DNA of 56,849 bases, counting the filler, from Catajapyx aquilonaris (lineage: Eukaryota), in NCBI GenBank assembly GCA_000934665.2. It is 3 parts of 3 records of this genome, joined end to end, with 100 filler letters (N's around TTAATTAATTAA, not from the genome) between each part and the next. Parts side by side here need not be neighbours in the genome. Positions count along the whole stretch, not along the records: positions 18,973 to 37,897 come from JYFJ02006586.1; 2 more parts are not named here. One strand, written 5' to 3'. Made by a program: the position numbers and the translations under genes. The first letter of the stretch is position 1. Every line of letters starts with the position of its first letter. The notes under the pieces are model-generated. The model worked only from the letters and a program-made list of their open reading frames with translations, was not told the DNA's origin and searched no databases. This document shows, one piece after another, positions 24,437-36,902 of the stretch.

Positions 24437-25445
24437 GGTACGGTCACCTTATGCCTTAAAGCCAAAATACTCCAGCCACTCACTACAGTCGCCAATATGT
24501 AGCCTATAATATCAGGTGGGAAAGAGAAAGACTTTCATATTGGGAGACCGATTGTGGCAGAGGTAGGGGCACTATGTACCGTACCAACCAAAAGCATTAG
24601 TACCTAACTTTCCTTCCCGGCGGATACACACCTGTCTTTCAGGGCGCAGCGGATCACACGCCTATCTTCCAGCGGATACAAGCCTATTAGAAAGTAGGTA
24701 AAAGTGCTAGGTCTCCGTCTCCCGATATGAAAGAGTAGCCATCACTGGGGTTTTCCATGCCAACGCAACGGAGCCAAAATTGAATATTGTCTGGTAGCTC
24801 AACCCTGCAGGGTTTTCACTCAAAAAATAATGGATGTTTATATGAATGAGTGTACAGTATATCAGAAATTAACTGTCAGATTGTTTCTCTAAAAACGAAG
24901 AAAGATATGCCAATAATAAGTCATAAACCTACTTGTCGTTTTTTCAGAAGTCAAAAGTAATACTACCATCATACCACCCTGAATACCGATTCACATTAAC
25001 TTATAATTTAATCGGAACATGTACAGTACATCCACGCATCTCCGTTTATTTCCTGCCTTGCCGTGCAATAGCTTTGATTTGAATTGTCGGCGGGGAGAAG
25101 CTTTCGCGATCCGCCGCTAGTACGTAGGCGCTAGTCCGCGCTAGTCTAAAATCAGATGCCATGTGACCACCAGGCGAGCGCCGGTTGCCAGACCCTGCTC
25201 CTGGCAAGCTCCTGAGTACGGTGGGTACGGCTACAGGATTATTCCACAACAGACTCCACAGTGTCCACACGACAACGTAACTCCTCTCCTCAATCCGAAG
25301 CTCCGAAGAGTGAGCGTGATCCGAAGAATGTGGTAAGTACACGAGAGGGAACGTTCTGGACGATATTTGTAATAGTGCATATCGATACCAGCATTGAGAC
25401 CGGTTGAGACAGACCTTGGTTGAGATCACAACCCCACAAGTCAGC

Positions 25446-25526
25446 ATGGCCCCAGTCAGAGCCGGCATGCGAGCACGTAAGCGAGCACGCAGGCTAGAAC
25501 GCAGGCGAGCACGCATACAAGCATTG
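25446..25526 (+). CDS. Candidate orphan gene, coding exon A (MAPVRAGMRARKRARRLERRRARIQAL)
   Basis: Kozak-like agcATGg; donor gtaagc; phase 0. Confidence 0.5.
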
Positions 25527-25604
25527 GTAAGCATTGTCTTAGTTTCTTCATACCTAGTGAGCTTCATATACAACACGCTAACTTGACCTCATGTTGTCTT
25601 TCAG

Positions 25605-25683
25605 GAGCTTGAGATGCTGGAAGCCTGTGGAGATCATGCGCTTGTTGTACCAGCTGTCATGCTTTACATGATAGTTTTGGAAG
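25605..25683 (+). CDS. Candidate orphan gene, exon B (ELEMLEACGDHALVVPAVMLYMIVLE-G)
   Basis: Follows a 78-nt intron with branch-like gctaac and tgtctttcag acceptor; donor AG|gtaagg; phase 0 to 1. Confidence 0.5.
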
Positions 25684-26028
25684 GTAAGGCACCACTTTGG
25701 CAATCTATGTAATAATAATAATAATAATATTTAATAATAATACAACAACAACAACATCATGACATTTCCCTATGAGGGGTATAGTCAGCGATGAAGGGAG
25801 ACGCAAGCTAACCCAACATAATTATGAACTAATAAAACTCATGAGAATAAACCTAAAAACAACCTGTCCCACCCCCCACCCCTGCCCACCTCAGACATCA
25901 CCTTATCCTCAGACATATTTACCTATTTACCCATTAATTAACCTACGCCATTTACACCTATCCAAACAAGCAACCCTAGCCTCAGCCACGTCCATGGTCC
26001 TATTGACACAAGAACGTCTCGGCTTAAC

Positions 26029-26088
<60 letters not shown>

Positions 26089-26119
26089 CCAGGTAGGTCT
26101 AGTGCTTTTACCCTTACAG

Positions 26120-26180
26120 GTACAGCCCCAAGAATTGAGTTGGAGCTGGCAGACCCTCCACTCTGGCAGGAGGCTCTGCG
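26120..26180 (+). CDS. Candidate orphan gene, exon C (GTAPRIELELADPPLWQEALR)
   Basis: ttttacccttacag acceptor; gtaatt donor; phase 1 to 2; frame stays open. Confidence 0.45.
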
Positions 26181-26492
26181 GTAATTACGGTAATAAACAC
26201 AAACACATGCCTAAAGCAACTAACTCAGCCCAAAAAAAAGTCAATTAATTCGAGTCTGATAAAGAATGGTCAGAGAAGGCCCGCAGCGTCTACAACTCGA
26301 TGCTTGGGGCTGTACATCACACATAACTTCATTGTTTGTATGCATTGTTGAAACCTGTTCATGGAATGCCTGGGTGCCACGTGAAGAAGGGAAGGTGGGC
26401 AGAGGTGTGTAGATGCAAATGCAATGTTGACACCGGTCTGAATGGTTAGTCTAGCGCAGCCCCCTGTCTCTTCCAGCCTAGCCCTGTGTTTA

Positions 26493-26725
26493 CGGTAGTT
26501 TAATATAAAAGTCTCCACCATGCGGGGAATTTGGCGCTGGCGTGCCCCCACAGGAATCTACTGGGGGATCGGTTTGGGTTGGCTGCCTTTGGAACCAACT
26601 CAAACCATCCTTTCCTCGGAGGGCATTCGCAGACTAGGATTGGGTGGCTGCCACTGATAGATCCCTGTGGGGGCGCGCCAGCGCCAAATTCCAGGTCTGG
26701 CGGAGACTTTCATATTAAACTACCA
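26493..26725. mobile_element. TA-flanked foldback MITE
   Basis: ggtagtttaatataaaagtctcc ... ggagactttcatattaaactacc; inner arms ggaatttggcgctggcg / cgccagcgccaaattcc. Confidence 0.7.
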
Positions 26726-26908
26726 TATCGTAGGAGTGACAGGGGGCTGGTCTAGCGGAAATCCCACCTGAGATAGAGATTGTTAAACCATGCATGAAGT
26801 GAGAAGGGGAAACTGGGGTTGTGTGTGTGTGTGTCTGGCCAGGTCTGCTCTGAGCTCTGGGGATGAGGATTGGTGTATTCACTGTAACTGTGGGGACATG
26901 GCCTAATC

Positions 26909-27075
26909 CAGTGGTTTCCAACCTGGGGGTCGCAAGCCTTTGTTCAACTTTTTTTTTGGCAATCTCTGTGTAAATTGAACCATTTTTGCGGCCGTACAGA
27001 GTGTATGTTTTCTGGAAATGGGGCAGTTGTAGTGTTCTAAAATGATAGGATTTATAGTGGGTCTGCAACCTTGCC
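26909..27075. mobile_element. Truncated hAT/Charlie MITE, inverted relative of 27530-27764
   Basis: cagtggtttccaacc terminus and homologous body. Confidence 0.65.
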
Positions 27076-27529
27076 ACAAGTGGTCTTTGTAAGCAAATTT
27101 TGGTTGTGAGGAAGTCAATTTGCTCAACCCATAGTTCTCGCTACATGTCCTTAAAAAGCCAAAAAAGGTAAAAGGTGTTAGGCAAAAAAAAAAATTGACA
27201 TGAAAAATGATATGAAATTTTTTGCCTGAGATCAGTTTTCAACACATTTTCAATAAATTGTACTAATAATAATTAGAGTTCGGGTTTTTAGGCACGAAAG
27301 AAGCCTCAAATATGTACAAAATCTTTACTTTTTCGGGCATATGGAGGATAATTTTACAGAAAATCAAAAAGCTAGAATAATTTATTTTATAGGCCTAAAT
27401 TATAAATATAACGTCGCAAACCATAGCAAAACCGAATAACAGCGATAAACTGACAGGAAATCACGAATCTTGGGCAAAAGACACAAAGTGCAAGCAAGCA
27501 TCACTTTCTCTGGACTCTACCGCTTATAG

Positions 27530-27764
27530 CAGTGGTTTCCAACCTTTTACCAACTGTGACCCCCTAAACATGGTTCCATAAATGTGCAACTCCTCCCCCC
27601 TCCCTTCCTCTCCTCCCCGGCCCCCCATACAACTGACCCCTTTCCAGAAAACATACACTCTCTACAGCCGCAAAAATGGTTCAATTGACGCAGAAACTGC
27701 AAAAAAATCAAAGTTGAACCAAGGCTCGCGACCCTGCCCGCGACCCACCGATTGGAAACTACTG
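27530..27764. mobile_element. hAT/Charlie MITE
   Basis: cagtggtttccaa ... ttggaaactactg; 8-bp TSD gcttatag/gcttagag. Confidence 0.85.
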
Positions 27765-28559
27765 GCTTAGAGCCAGTTTCCACTTGCACAATATGTTGCT
27801 GAATATTTTTCTATTAGAAAAATATTTGTCATGTGCGGTACAGAAACGTGATTCGTAGTATTACTTCTTGGTCCTTCCAGTAGCACAAAAAATACTCCGC
27901 AAATAAACGAAGCATGTCTCTGAAGAAATAGGTCCGTAATAGGCCCAAAAAGTACGGTACCAAAATTGTTTCAAAAAGTTTAAAACTATCCTAAAAATGG
28001 CCAAATAGGCATGAAAAGTCGCAAAATACGAGTTCCTAAAACAACGAAATAGGCCATTTTAGGCACTCTAAAACCTACATTTTCTACATCCTGCACTTAT
28101 GAAACTGATAGATATCTTCACAAAACCATCCCAACAGCTCCAAATTGATGGAAAGAACAATTTATTATACTATGAACTGCAGTTTTTCAGCGTGGTATTT
28201 ATTGCTGGATTATTTTGAGAATCTGACATTTTAAAAATTCATAAGGCACTGGAGTGCAGAAAAGGCTATGGTTGAAATTAAATCACCACAGAACATGATG
28301 AGAGGTAGTAGCTCGTGGTCAAAAGTCTTCAATTTAAAAGAAGGCTTTGGTATATCAGCAAGTTGGTCTGGAAAAAAACAACCTGACTTTAAATATGCAT
28401 GCAGATTATGAATTTTATCGCATAAACACTGCCGGGTGTAAGTCTTAACCTGCCTGGCGAGATACAGTAGTACTGTGTCGCCCATGGAACAGTATCACAG
28501 CTGCTGGGAACTTATCGGGATAAGGATCGGTGTAATTCACTAATCCACCTGGTGGGAAG

Positions 28560-28893
28560 CAGCGCTGGCCTTAGGAGGTGCGGGGCCCTATTGGGAACAA
28601 TTTTGGTGGGCCCCAGGTTCCCAGCATACTTGCACCAAGGTCTGTCGAATCAAAATGTGCGCTTATAAATGCCTGTGAGTTAATAGACGTAAGTTATAGA
28701 CCACCAAATAGACGTAAACTACATTTTAATATAAAATTGCATACAGATACATGTAGCCGTACAAGTAACAAACAAAAATTGTTTATCACCTCTGAAAAGT
28801 ACATAGTCACAATACCACACCCATACGTTTTAGTGACTGTAGCGCGGGGCCCTATTTGGAGCAGTGGGTCCAATCGGCTTAAGGCCGGCACTG
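28560..28893. mobile_element. hAT MITE
   Basis: cagcgctggcctta ... taaggccggcactg; perfect 8-bp TSD gtgggaag. Confidence 0.9.
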
Positions 28894-29150
28894 GTGGGAA
28901 GGAAGAGTTATGTTGGCATATTTTTTCTGCTGGCTGATGGAATTTATTTTCTCATTCATAAATTCATAAACTTTTTCCATGAGATATGATCTGGAGATAC
29001 TATGAGGGAGAGAAAGTAAACAGATACATGGCCATTCACTCACACAGGCTCAGTTGTGCATTCACATTGGAACTCTCTTTCATCCAACAATTTTTTTGCA
29101 TATTAATCTAGAAAGCCATCTTTCACTGATGTGGGGGAATTTCCTTGTCA

Positions 29151-30118
29151 TTTATACACCCATTTTAAGGGCGATAGCCCTTAAGTAAGACCGTAGCATA
29201 GATTTCAACAATGAATTTTTCCTACTTCTTGTTCTTGTTCTTCTTGTTCTTCTTCTTGTTACGTTTTTTTTATTCGCCCTAACTCCAGTTCTGCTGTAGG
29301 TAGAGCTTCCAAATTTTGAACACAGATCCCCACCATCGTGACTTGATTTCCTACCATTTACACTTTTACTTAATTCCTCTTCAAAACGCCGCAAAAAATT
29401 TAAAACCACCAAAAAATACGTTTTCATTTTTTTGCTCAATAACTATTCTGAATTCGGTTCCTTCTTCAACGGGCCGAAGGTGCAGTGGGATGGTGCGGAT
29501 CCATGTTCAAAATCTCACAGTTCCACCTGCGGCAGGATTGGAGCTGTGATTTTTTTACCTCTTAATTTTTCTGTCATTGCTTCATTTGTTCATAACTCCA
29601 TCACCTAGAAACGTCAGTTGTTGTTTACCACCTCATAATTATATTGTTTTGGGTCAAAGGAGGACAAGATGAACGACGCCGAGTCGTACTGTCGCCGTTG
29701 GGTTTTCACCCAACTTTAATGTACCTTTGCGTTTTTTGTATCGTCTGGTAATGTTCTCAATGTATATATTCCGTATATTTTAGCGTATAGGCTATTTCAT
29801 AATAATTAAATCAGACTAACCGTTGGCTGGTAGCACTCGACTTTCGTTTTTTTACGACTGTCTCTGTAAAAATAATTTTGGGGACTTCTAAGCGACGAAA
29901 ATCGTCTCCAATGCATTCATAGTGCAGACTGTATAGTGTAGAGCATAAGTTACGTGTACTGTCAAAAAAGAACTGAAATTAGATCAAAAACTTTCCCTTC
30001 AGTAAAAAAAAGAGAAGTAAGACCTCCGCGGCGGAATGAAGGTACTGAAACAAGGCAGGCGCACGTAAGACCTTCACCAATTGATTTAAGCTGTACCATA
30101 GGTCTTACTCAAGCAATT
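29151..30118. mobile_element. Helentron-associated (HINE/DINE-1-like) non-autonomous element
   Basis: Terminal stem-loop ttaagggcgatagcccttaa; subterminal IR gtaagacc; (CTT/GTTCTT) microsatellite; other end gtaagacct...aggtcttac + aagcaatt; no TSD. Confidence 0.7.
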
Positions 30119-30605
30119 CTCAAGTACGGTACGGAACGGCTCGTAAAATGACTGCTGCAAACTACTCAGAGCAGTATACGTAGGATTTTATTATGAAAAG
30201 AAAAAAATGGGGGAAAAACTAAACCCATCCTAACAGACTTGGTCCAATCGAAAAAGACCCTCTAAAATTCACCTATTAACCTTTATATGTGAAAAATTAA
30301 ACGTTAGAGTTAAAATCAGCATCTAAAAGAGGTGACGATTCTGCATGAATGTTTCATGGCAATAATTCGCACTAATCGCATAGAAATTCAATGTGCTTAA
30401 TATTGAAGTTCCTAATTTCATAAAACACTAATATGGAGTGGCTCATGGAAAACTAATACTGCCAATAAGAGCTAAGATATACTGCTAACTTAGCAGTACC
30501 ATTGCACTACACTGGTACTGCTAAGTTAGAAGTAACTAGTAGTACGTACGACAGAAATTCCAAAGATCTGTTTCAGAAAATAGACTTCATGAGCAGTGAA
30601 TTGGT

Positions 30606-30747
30606 AATTGCTTGAGTAAGACCTATGGTACAGCTTAAATCAATTGGTGAAGGTCTTACGTGCGCCTGCCTTGTTTCAGTACCTTCATTCCGCCGCGGAG
30701 GTCTTACTTCTCTTTTTTTTACTGAAGGGAAAGTTTTTGATCTAATT
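30606..30747. repeat. Exact inverted 142-bp copy of 29977-30118 (HINE terminal segment)
   Basis: Identical reverse complement, bounded by AATT on both sides. Confidence 0.9.
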
Positions 30748-31081
30748 ACTAATGTAATGTATATTAACAGTTTGCAGAAAGCAAAAGCGAAGAAAAGGCA
30801 GACGGAGAAGAAAAAAGGCAAAAGTCAAAGGAAGAAGGCGAACCAGAAAAGGAATTAAAAGATTCCATGACGTTAATTGGTATTATGACTGGAGAACACA
30901 TGTCATAGCAATTTTTGCAATGACTGTTCAGACAAGTAAACCATACATGATGGTCCCAGTAACAAGTCGTGCTCCCGTGACTCTTTGGAGGATGAGGGAA
31001 ATACGTTCATGTTTAAGAATGGCATGCCCTCATCCAAATCCCAGGTAATATAAAATTACATAATACCCTTTGTATAGCATA

Positions 31082-31696
31082 CAGTGGTGCTTCGTACTTC
31101 GAACTCAATTCATTCCAGGAGGTCGTTCAAACTTTGAATTGTGTGAACTCCGAAACCATTTTCCCTATAAGAGACAATGGAAAGGGAATTAATATGTTCC
31201 ATGACCCTAAACAATACCAATTTTTATAAATTTAAACAGCAAATACACATAATTTAAAGAAAACATAACATGTTTTAATGCCCTAAATAATAAATTAAAA
31301 CGTGAAAACAATCAAGTACATAAATACTGTGTATTAGCATGAAAATTGCAGTTACTGTACAGGGGAAGAGGGGTGATACCTTGTGTGGCTGGGGGAGAGG
31401 AAGAGAACAGTTACTGTTTGGAAGGAGTGTCACCTTCCATTTTAATGAAACACACCAAAATTAAGGAGAGAAAAGCAGTGAAAACACACAATCGTAACGC
31501 AAGAGATGCTGTCACAGTGAGACCCAGAGATGACTTGGGCAGACAACAGATGGCATTTAAACAGCAAGCACATATTTTCACTGCACGTGTAGTTCGAACG
31601 TAGAAACATAGTTCAAACTTCTGATCGAATTTCTCTTTAGCATTCCAACTCTGAAACGTTGGAAGTTAACGGCGTTCAAAGTATGAGGTTCCACTG
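31082..31696. mobile_element. Tigger/pogo-type MITE
   Basis: TA-cagtggtgcttcgtacttcgaac ... gttcaaagtatgaggttccactg-TA. Confidence 0.8.
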
Positions 31697-32405
31697 TATT
31701 TCCCACAGCTGTCAAAGACAGGGTGTCCACAACGAACATCTCTAGTTTGAACTTGCTGCTACTATGTAGGTTACTGGACCATGGCGACGAAATTGTACAA
31801 ATGAGAAGGGACACTCATCAAGTTTATGGAAAAAAATAAGTAGCCTTCCACACCATTGCTCCTTTAGTGTCAAGCACAATTTAAATTGAAAATTTCCCTC
31901 CCCCGAGGTTCTCTCCAGCACGTCAGAGGTGATGGAGGACAGGTAGTTATTTGGGCTGTCCACTTCAGTTGCATAGACTCTGTCTTGGAGTTGTGGAAAT
32001 GCGAAATATTCAGCATGTCCAGCACTCCTGTGATCAAATTAAGTTCGGCTAACCACCACACAACTTGCATTTGCCCCTCTGTAGATGCTATGTTTGCATC
32101 TTCTGACAGGAGCACCACCACATCACATATGCAGTTCCAAAAATTCAGGATGAAAGTTGATGAGTCTCCACACCATCTAAACAACCAAAACCTTATATGC
32201 TTCTGCATTTCAATTTTTTATCACTCTATGAAACTAGGGAGGTTCATTGTGGACACCCTGTATATACTACCAACTGGAAAAAATTGCCTTGTAGGCCTAC
32301 CCTGCAAGGAGCACAAGGCAATTTTTTCCAGCATTGTACATGTTGGGGCAACTTCATATTAAGATTCGTTCCCAGTGTGGTTTTTTTGCCCTTTATTGCA
32401 GATGA

Positions 32406-32443
<38 letters not shown>

Positions 32444-32984
32444 CCCCCCCCCATCTACATTGCATTAACAAGTCATTTGCCTGCGTGAGGTACAAACTAA
32501 TGCAATTAATTTTGAGACACACAAATCTAGTTAACTACACCTAGTAACACATAATGCAGGCACAACAGTTCTTCCCTTTTTGGCAAATTGCACTTGTGAG
32601 AATTAACCTTTACCATGAGATGATACTAAATAATGTCCATGTTGTAACGCAGTATCTGCGAGAAATCTCATCACTACTCTGAAGGCCCATGTACATGATG
32701 AATCCAGTATGCAACTTTCTGAATCCTTCTCGGCATGTTCTAAATGGAATGGAAATCACATAAATGCAGGAGAGGTGCCAAAAAAGTTGCACACACAGTG
32801 TTGATGTCATAGGAGTGCTGTAAACTGCCATTAAAATACTGACCAGTTAAATTTTTGACCATTACATATATGAAGCCATGATTTGTAGTACCATCAGAGT
32901 CACATTTAATAACAATAATAATAATCCCGGGTAGTGCTTTCACCTCTATGGGTCTATCGCACGGACCTTTATTTGAACCATTAT

Positions 32985-33092
32985 TGTACTATATCGCTCA
33001 AAAAGATAGAGACGATTGGCATTTGCTTCAAGTGCAAGTTGCACTTGAGTCAAATGCAAAATCGTCTCTATCTTTTTGGGCGATATAGTACA
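32985..33092. repeat. 108-bp hairpin element
   Basis: tgtactatatcgctcaaaaagatagagacgatt ... aatcgtctctatctttttgggcgatatagtaca. Confidence 0.85.
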
Positions 33093-33109
33093 TAAGACCT
33101 ATTTGTTAA

Positions 33110-33285
33110 ATGCCCGGGCCCATGGGCAGGGTGACTAGGAGGGGATGTGCAAGGTGCAGCACAATGTCGGTGCTGGGTCATTTTGTGAACTCCTCCGGGT
33201 GGTTAGTCCAAGGAGTCCCACCCGAGACGAGCCAGAGATGGCCCAAACTCTGCACGGGATGAAGGGGGAAATCCTGGGCTGGGAA
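33110..33285 (-). mobile_element. SINE family A fragment
   Basis: Reverse complement of the body shared by 1250-1585 and 51707-52040 (cacaaaatgacc, gtgcagagtttgggccatctctgg). Confidence 0.7.
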
Positions 33286-33483
33286 AAAAAAACTGAGTTT
33301 CGCTTTTGCATAAGATATTAATAGCAACATCACAACTAAAAGTGATTGTGACACAAGGGACAATCACTCTTCAGTTATATCTTTGCATAAATACACTATA
33401 TGGTTATTAAAATTAGTTCATACAAAAGTGACTCACCATCCCAAAATATGATGTAACCTATGCTCCATTAGTATTAAACACAA

Positions 33484-33592
33484 TGGGTGGAATTTTCCTC
33501 CTGCTACTAGTTAATGCTAACTTAGCAGTACCATTGCCAACACTGGTACTGCTAAGTTAGCAGTAACTAGCAGTGGGACTAAAATTCCACCC
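33484..33592. mobile_element. Palindromic MITE; partial copy at 30480-30545
   Basis: tgggtggaatttt ... aaaattccaccca; core gctaacttagcagtacca / tggtactgctaagttagc. Confidence 0.7.
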
Positions 33593-33755
33593 AATCACTT
33601 GATTTTACATCTGACCTAATAAAATACGTACATGAACACAGTGAGGGAAGCTGCCAATCAGCCATTTTTGTTATCAGCAAAATTAATTTACTGTGCTTTA
33701 TGAAAATTGACCTAGTCTCATTTTCCATCTATTAATTCTTGACACTCTGTTCCAG

Positions 33756-34017
33756 GATCTGCCCGGTCCTTGTTGAGTGTGACGGAATATATCTGTCGTA
33801 CAAGATGGTCCTTGGAAGTTCTTTCTACATATTTTGCAAGTTATATAGGAAATTGAGTGGACGTAAGCTCAGTGTGAAAGGGTGTAAACGTGATTATGAT
33901 GGGAAAGGGCGTAAACGTAAGCGCAAGCGCAAGGTGAAAGTGAGTCCGCACGATAAGAAGCTGAAACTAAACGTGGTATTGGAACTACCGTCCCAGAACA
34001 ATGACAACTCAACTTGA
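33756..34017 (+). CDS. Candidate terminal exon of the orphan gene (ICPVLVEC...GRKRKRKRKVK...NST*)
   Basis: ctctgttccag acceptor; phase 2 fits exon C; basic NLS-like tract. Confidence 0.3.
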
Positions 34018-36136
34018 AGCAGCAGTGGAGAGGACAACTAATATTATAGCAACTATTGTGATTTATGCTTTTATACGTATCAAGGAGACGAAATACATTC
34101 CAGGTGTAATACATGATTATTTCATTTGAGGGTACTATGAGGTAGATGTATTCTGGACAACCATCATAGTTCCACATCAGGCGGCTAGGATGTGCTAGGC
34201 GAAGCTGCTGTAGGTCTGGGATAGCTTTTTTTTTGTGTTCTTGGTAATGACCAAACTTGTAACAGTGTACCTGAGGGGGGATGTGGAAGAGGGTGTGGGC
34301 TTAGATGGTGGCCTGGGACTGAGGTTGCAGGGGTGGGGGAGTATAAAGGATTGCATAGCTCTGTGTAACAGGCACAAACGTTGTATATCAGCTTTTGCTG
34401 CTCTTCTTTGACCTTCATTACCTGGACATATGATGTGACTATTGGAAAGGGAGGATGGGGAATTAAGGCAGCAGACAGAGATGGCTAGTGGCTTGTCAGA
34501 ATATGGATTGCACAGGTCACCTGTTCGATCATTCCAGATGTGTTACTGTTCACTTGGCTGCATCGAGTTGATCCACTGATTGAGGTGGGTTTTGCATAGG
34601 GTAAGTGTGGAAATGAGGGGAAATACAGCATTGCTTCCAATATATGGCACAAGGTGTCAGGGGCTATCGAAAATCATGTAAATGTTCATGACGACCTTTT
34701 TCCCACTGCTAAAAGTATAACGATCTTCTGTCTTTTGTCACAGTCATAAAAAATTGCTGCCAAGCTCAGGTGTTTTAACTTCTCCGGAGAGTTGGTAAGT
34801 ATCTTTTGCAAAAAAAATATGACAAGTCTTGAATCTCATGCTGCATAACCACTCCAGCACTGTATGTAAGAGGTTAAGGTGTACTCTCACGCAGTTATTG
34901 TTCCATTTTGGTGGCATAATCAGACTGGTTTTTAAAAGGGTGCCGCACTTGACCCTAACTAGACATCATCAGGGGCAAGTGTGCACCTAGTTATACACAT
35001 ATATTGACAGAAATGCAATATTTGGAAGGTAACTCCAGCGGTCACCAAAAGAGGAGACAAAACATCTTTTTGTGGTCACCAATGGATATTCTGTGACTGG
35101 TGACAGGCTCATTTTGAACACTGGTGTGAAAACACTTGACATAATGCATTTTCATTGGATAATGTCAGAACTAGCCAACCTGTTGCGGAGCAGTGAATAA
35201 AGTTTGTCCTGTAAGAAATTATCAGTATTTTTTTCCCCAGAATAAACATACTAAAAGAGCCTCCCAGATGGCGGCCTGCTGGCAGCGAGGATGGGAGGTT
35301 TGGAGATATTCTTGGTACTTCGGCTTCTTTCCGCCTGTGTCCACAAATCACCACATCCACGGGCACCTGGCCAGACTTGTATCCAGGCATGGCCCTTATT
35401 GGGCCTACCTACACCGCTTTCACCTCCTGTGGGGGGTGCAGAGGACGACGAAGAAGGTGGGGACCACAGGGCCATCAGGGATGAGGACGATTCTGACAAT
35501 GCGTGGTGCCAGTGTGGGGACTGAGCTTAGACCGCATCGCACATCATATGGAATTGTGCCCTCCCTGAGATAGCTGCTGCCCGGAGGGACTTGCGTCAGG
35601 CGGCCGTATCTGGGTATTTGGGATGGCCCTGCTCTATGAAGCCCTGGTGAAGGAACTGCTACCCAGCTTCAATTGATTCTGTTTGGCTGTGGATCAAGTC
35701 CTGGCTCCTTTGAATGCCAGCAGTGGTTGGGGACAGCGACGAGATGTAATACCCGATGTCTCCTGACCGGCAGAAAATTAATTGGGTTGTTCTGGGGCAG
35801 CACGGATTGGCGTTTGGAGTCATAGTAAGCGGCACGATGGCTGTGGCAGCAAGGACCGTGGTGCTAATAGTGGAGGGGATAATGGGGCTGGAAGTTAGCT
35901 GAATTATGTGAATATGTGAATTAATGAATGTGAAATAAAGCACAGGTTTGATGGGTACAGGGCCTTACTAGGCTGATTACCCAAAAACCTCTTGATAGTA
36001 TATCTATGAGAAAAGGAACCTGATAATTTGCATACCTGGATAAGGGCAATCATGAACTGTGGGTACTCAAATGGAATAAGATGGCTGTTGGGAGTCAAAT
36101 ACTACTAATTGACCTACACCTTCATGTAAATCTTAA

Positions 36137-36306
36137 AGGTGGGTTTACATGTGAGCGATTTGATTGCCATCGGTAACATCGCTGCGTAACCAAAGTAACC
36201 AGTATTGTTTGAGGCAAAAATCGATTGTTACTTTCACCTCAAACAATTGGATTCATTGCTTGGCGATGACATCGTGTGATCAAATCGCTCACATGTAAAT
36301 GCACCT
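36137..36306. mobile_element. PIF/Harbinger MITE
   Basis: TAA-aggtgggtttacatgtgagcgatttgat ... atcaaatcgctcacatgtaaatgcacct-TAA. Confidence 0.85.
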
Positions 36307-36526
36307 TAATGGCAACACTTGTATGTCAGGATTTTATACTCGTTGCAAATAAATACTTACGACCTTGGTTAGCTAACTTTGGTTGTTGCTTTTTTGGAGA
36401 GCTTTCCCCAAACCTTTTCAACTTATGCCAATACTACAAAATTACAGCAACAGGATTGTTATTAGTTATAAATATAGCTCATTAATTGTCAGTGATGTGG
36501 CACACCCCTTGTTGGAAAGTCAATGA

Positions 36527-36655
36527 CAGATCTGCTGTCAGTTGCAAGAAGTCAGTAACTCAAAAACTAGTAGGGTGAAAGTCGCATGCATGCATGTGAC
36601 TTTCACCCTGACTATAGTTTTTGAGTTACGGTCTTCTTGCATCTGACGGCAGAGA
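36527..36655. repeat. Hairpin element
   Basis: tgcaagaagtcagtaactcaaaaactag...gggtgaaagtc / gactttcaccc...tagtttttgagttacggtcttcttgca. Confidence 0.8.
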
Positions 36656-36902
36656 TGTTCCAATGGTCAGGCTGGCTTCATAACTCAGCTGCGATGGCCA
36701 TAACTTATTTTTTTTGTTGGAGGGTGTTTTTTTGGACCCTCATGTTTGTGAAGTCAAATTATGCATTCTCATTCACCAAGCACCACCAGATGCAGCAGTT
36801 TCAGGATTTTGAACAGTAAGAAAGCAACCCTACTCCTGTTGTGCTGATGGAGAATTAGCAACTGTGTCGTTTCTCTCTGCTGTGAATAATGATGATGATA
36901 AT

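Noticed and set aside
25213..25215. In-frame TGA as possible selenocysteine
   Set aside because: No SECIS identified, no redox motif, and the required acceptor is weak; a uORF stop is simpler
25046..25576. 176-aa minus-strand ORF
   Set aside because: Antisense to plus-strand exons that have strong splice signals; no recognisable homology
25772..26248. Poly-Ile, poly-Leu and (RE)n ORFs here and at 37616-37945, 40117-40672, 51338-51917
   Set aside because: Translations of TAA/TTA and CT/GA microsatellites
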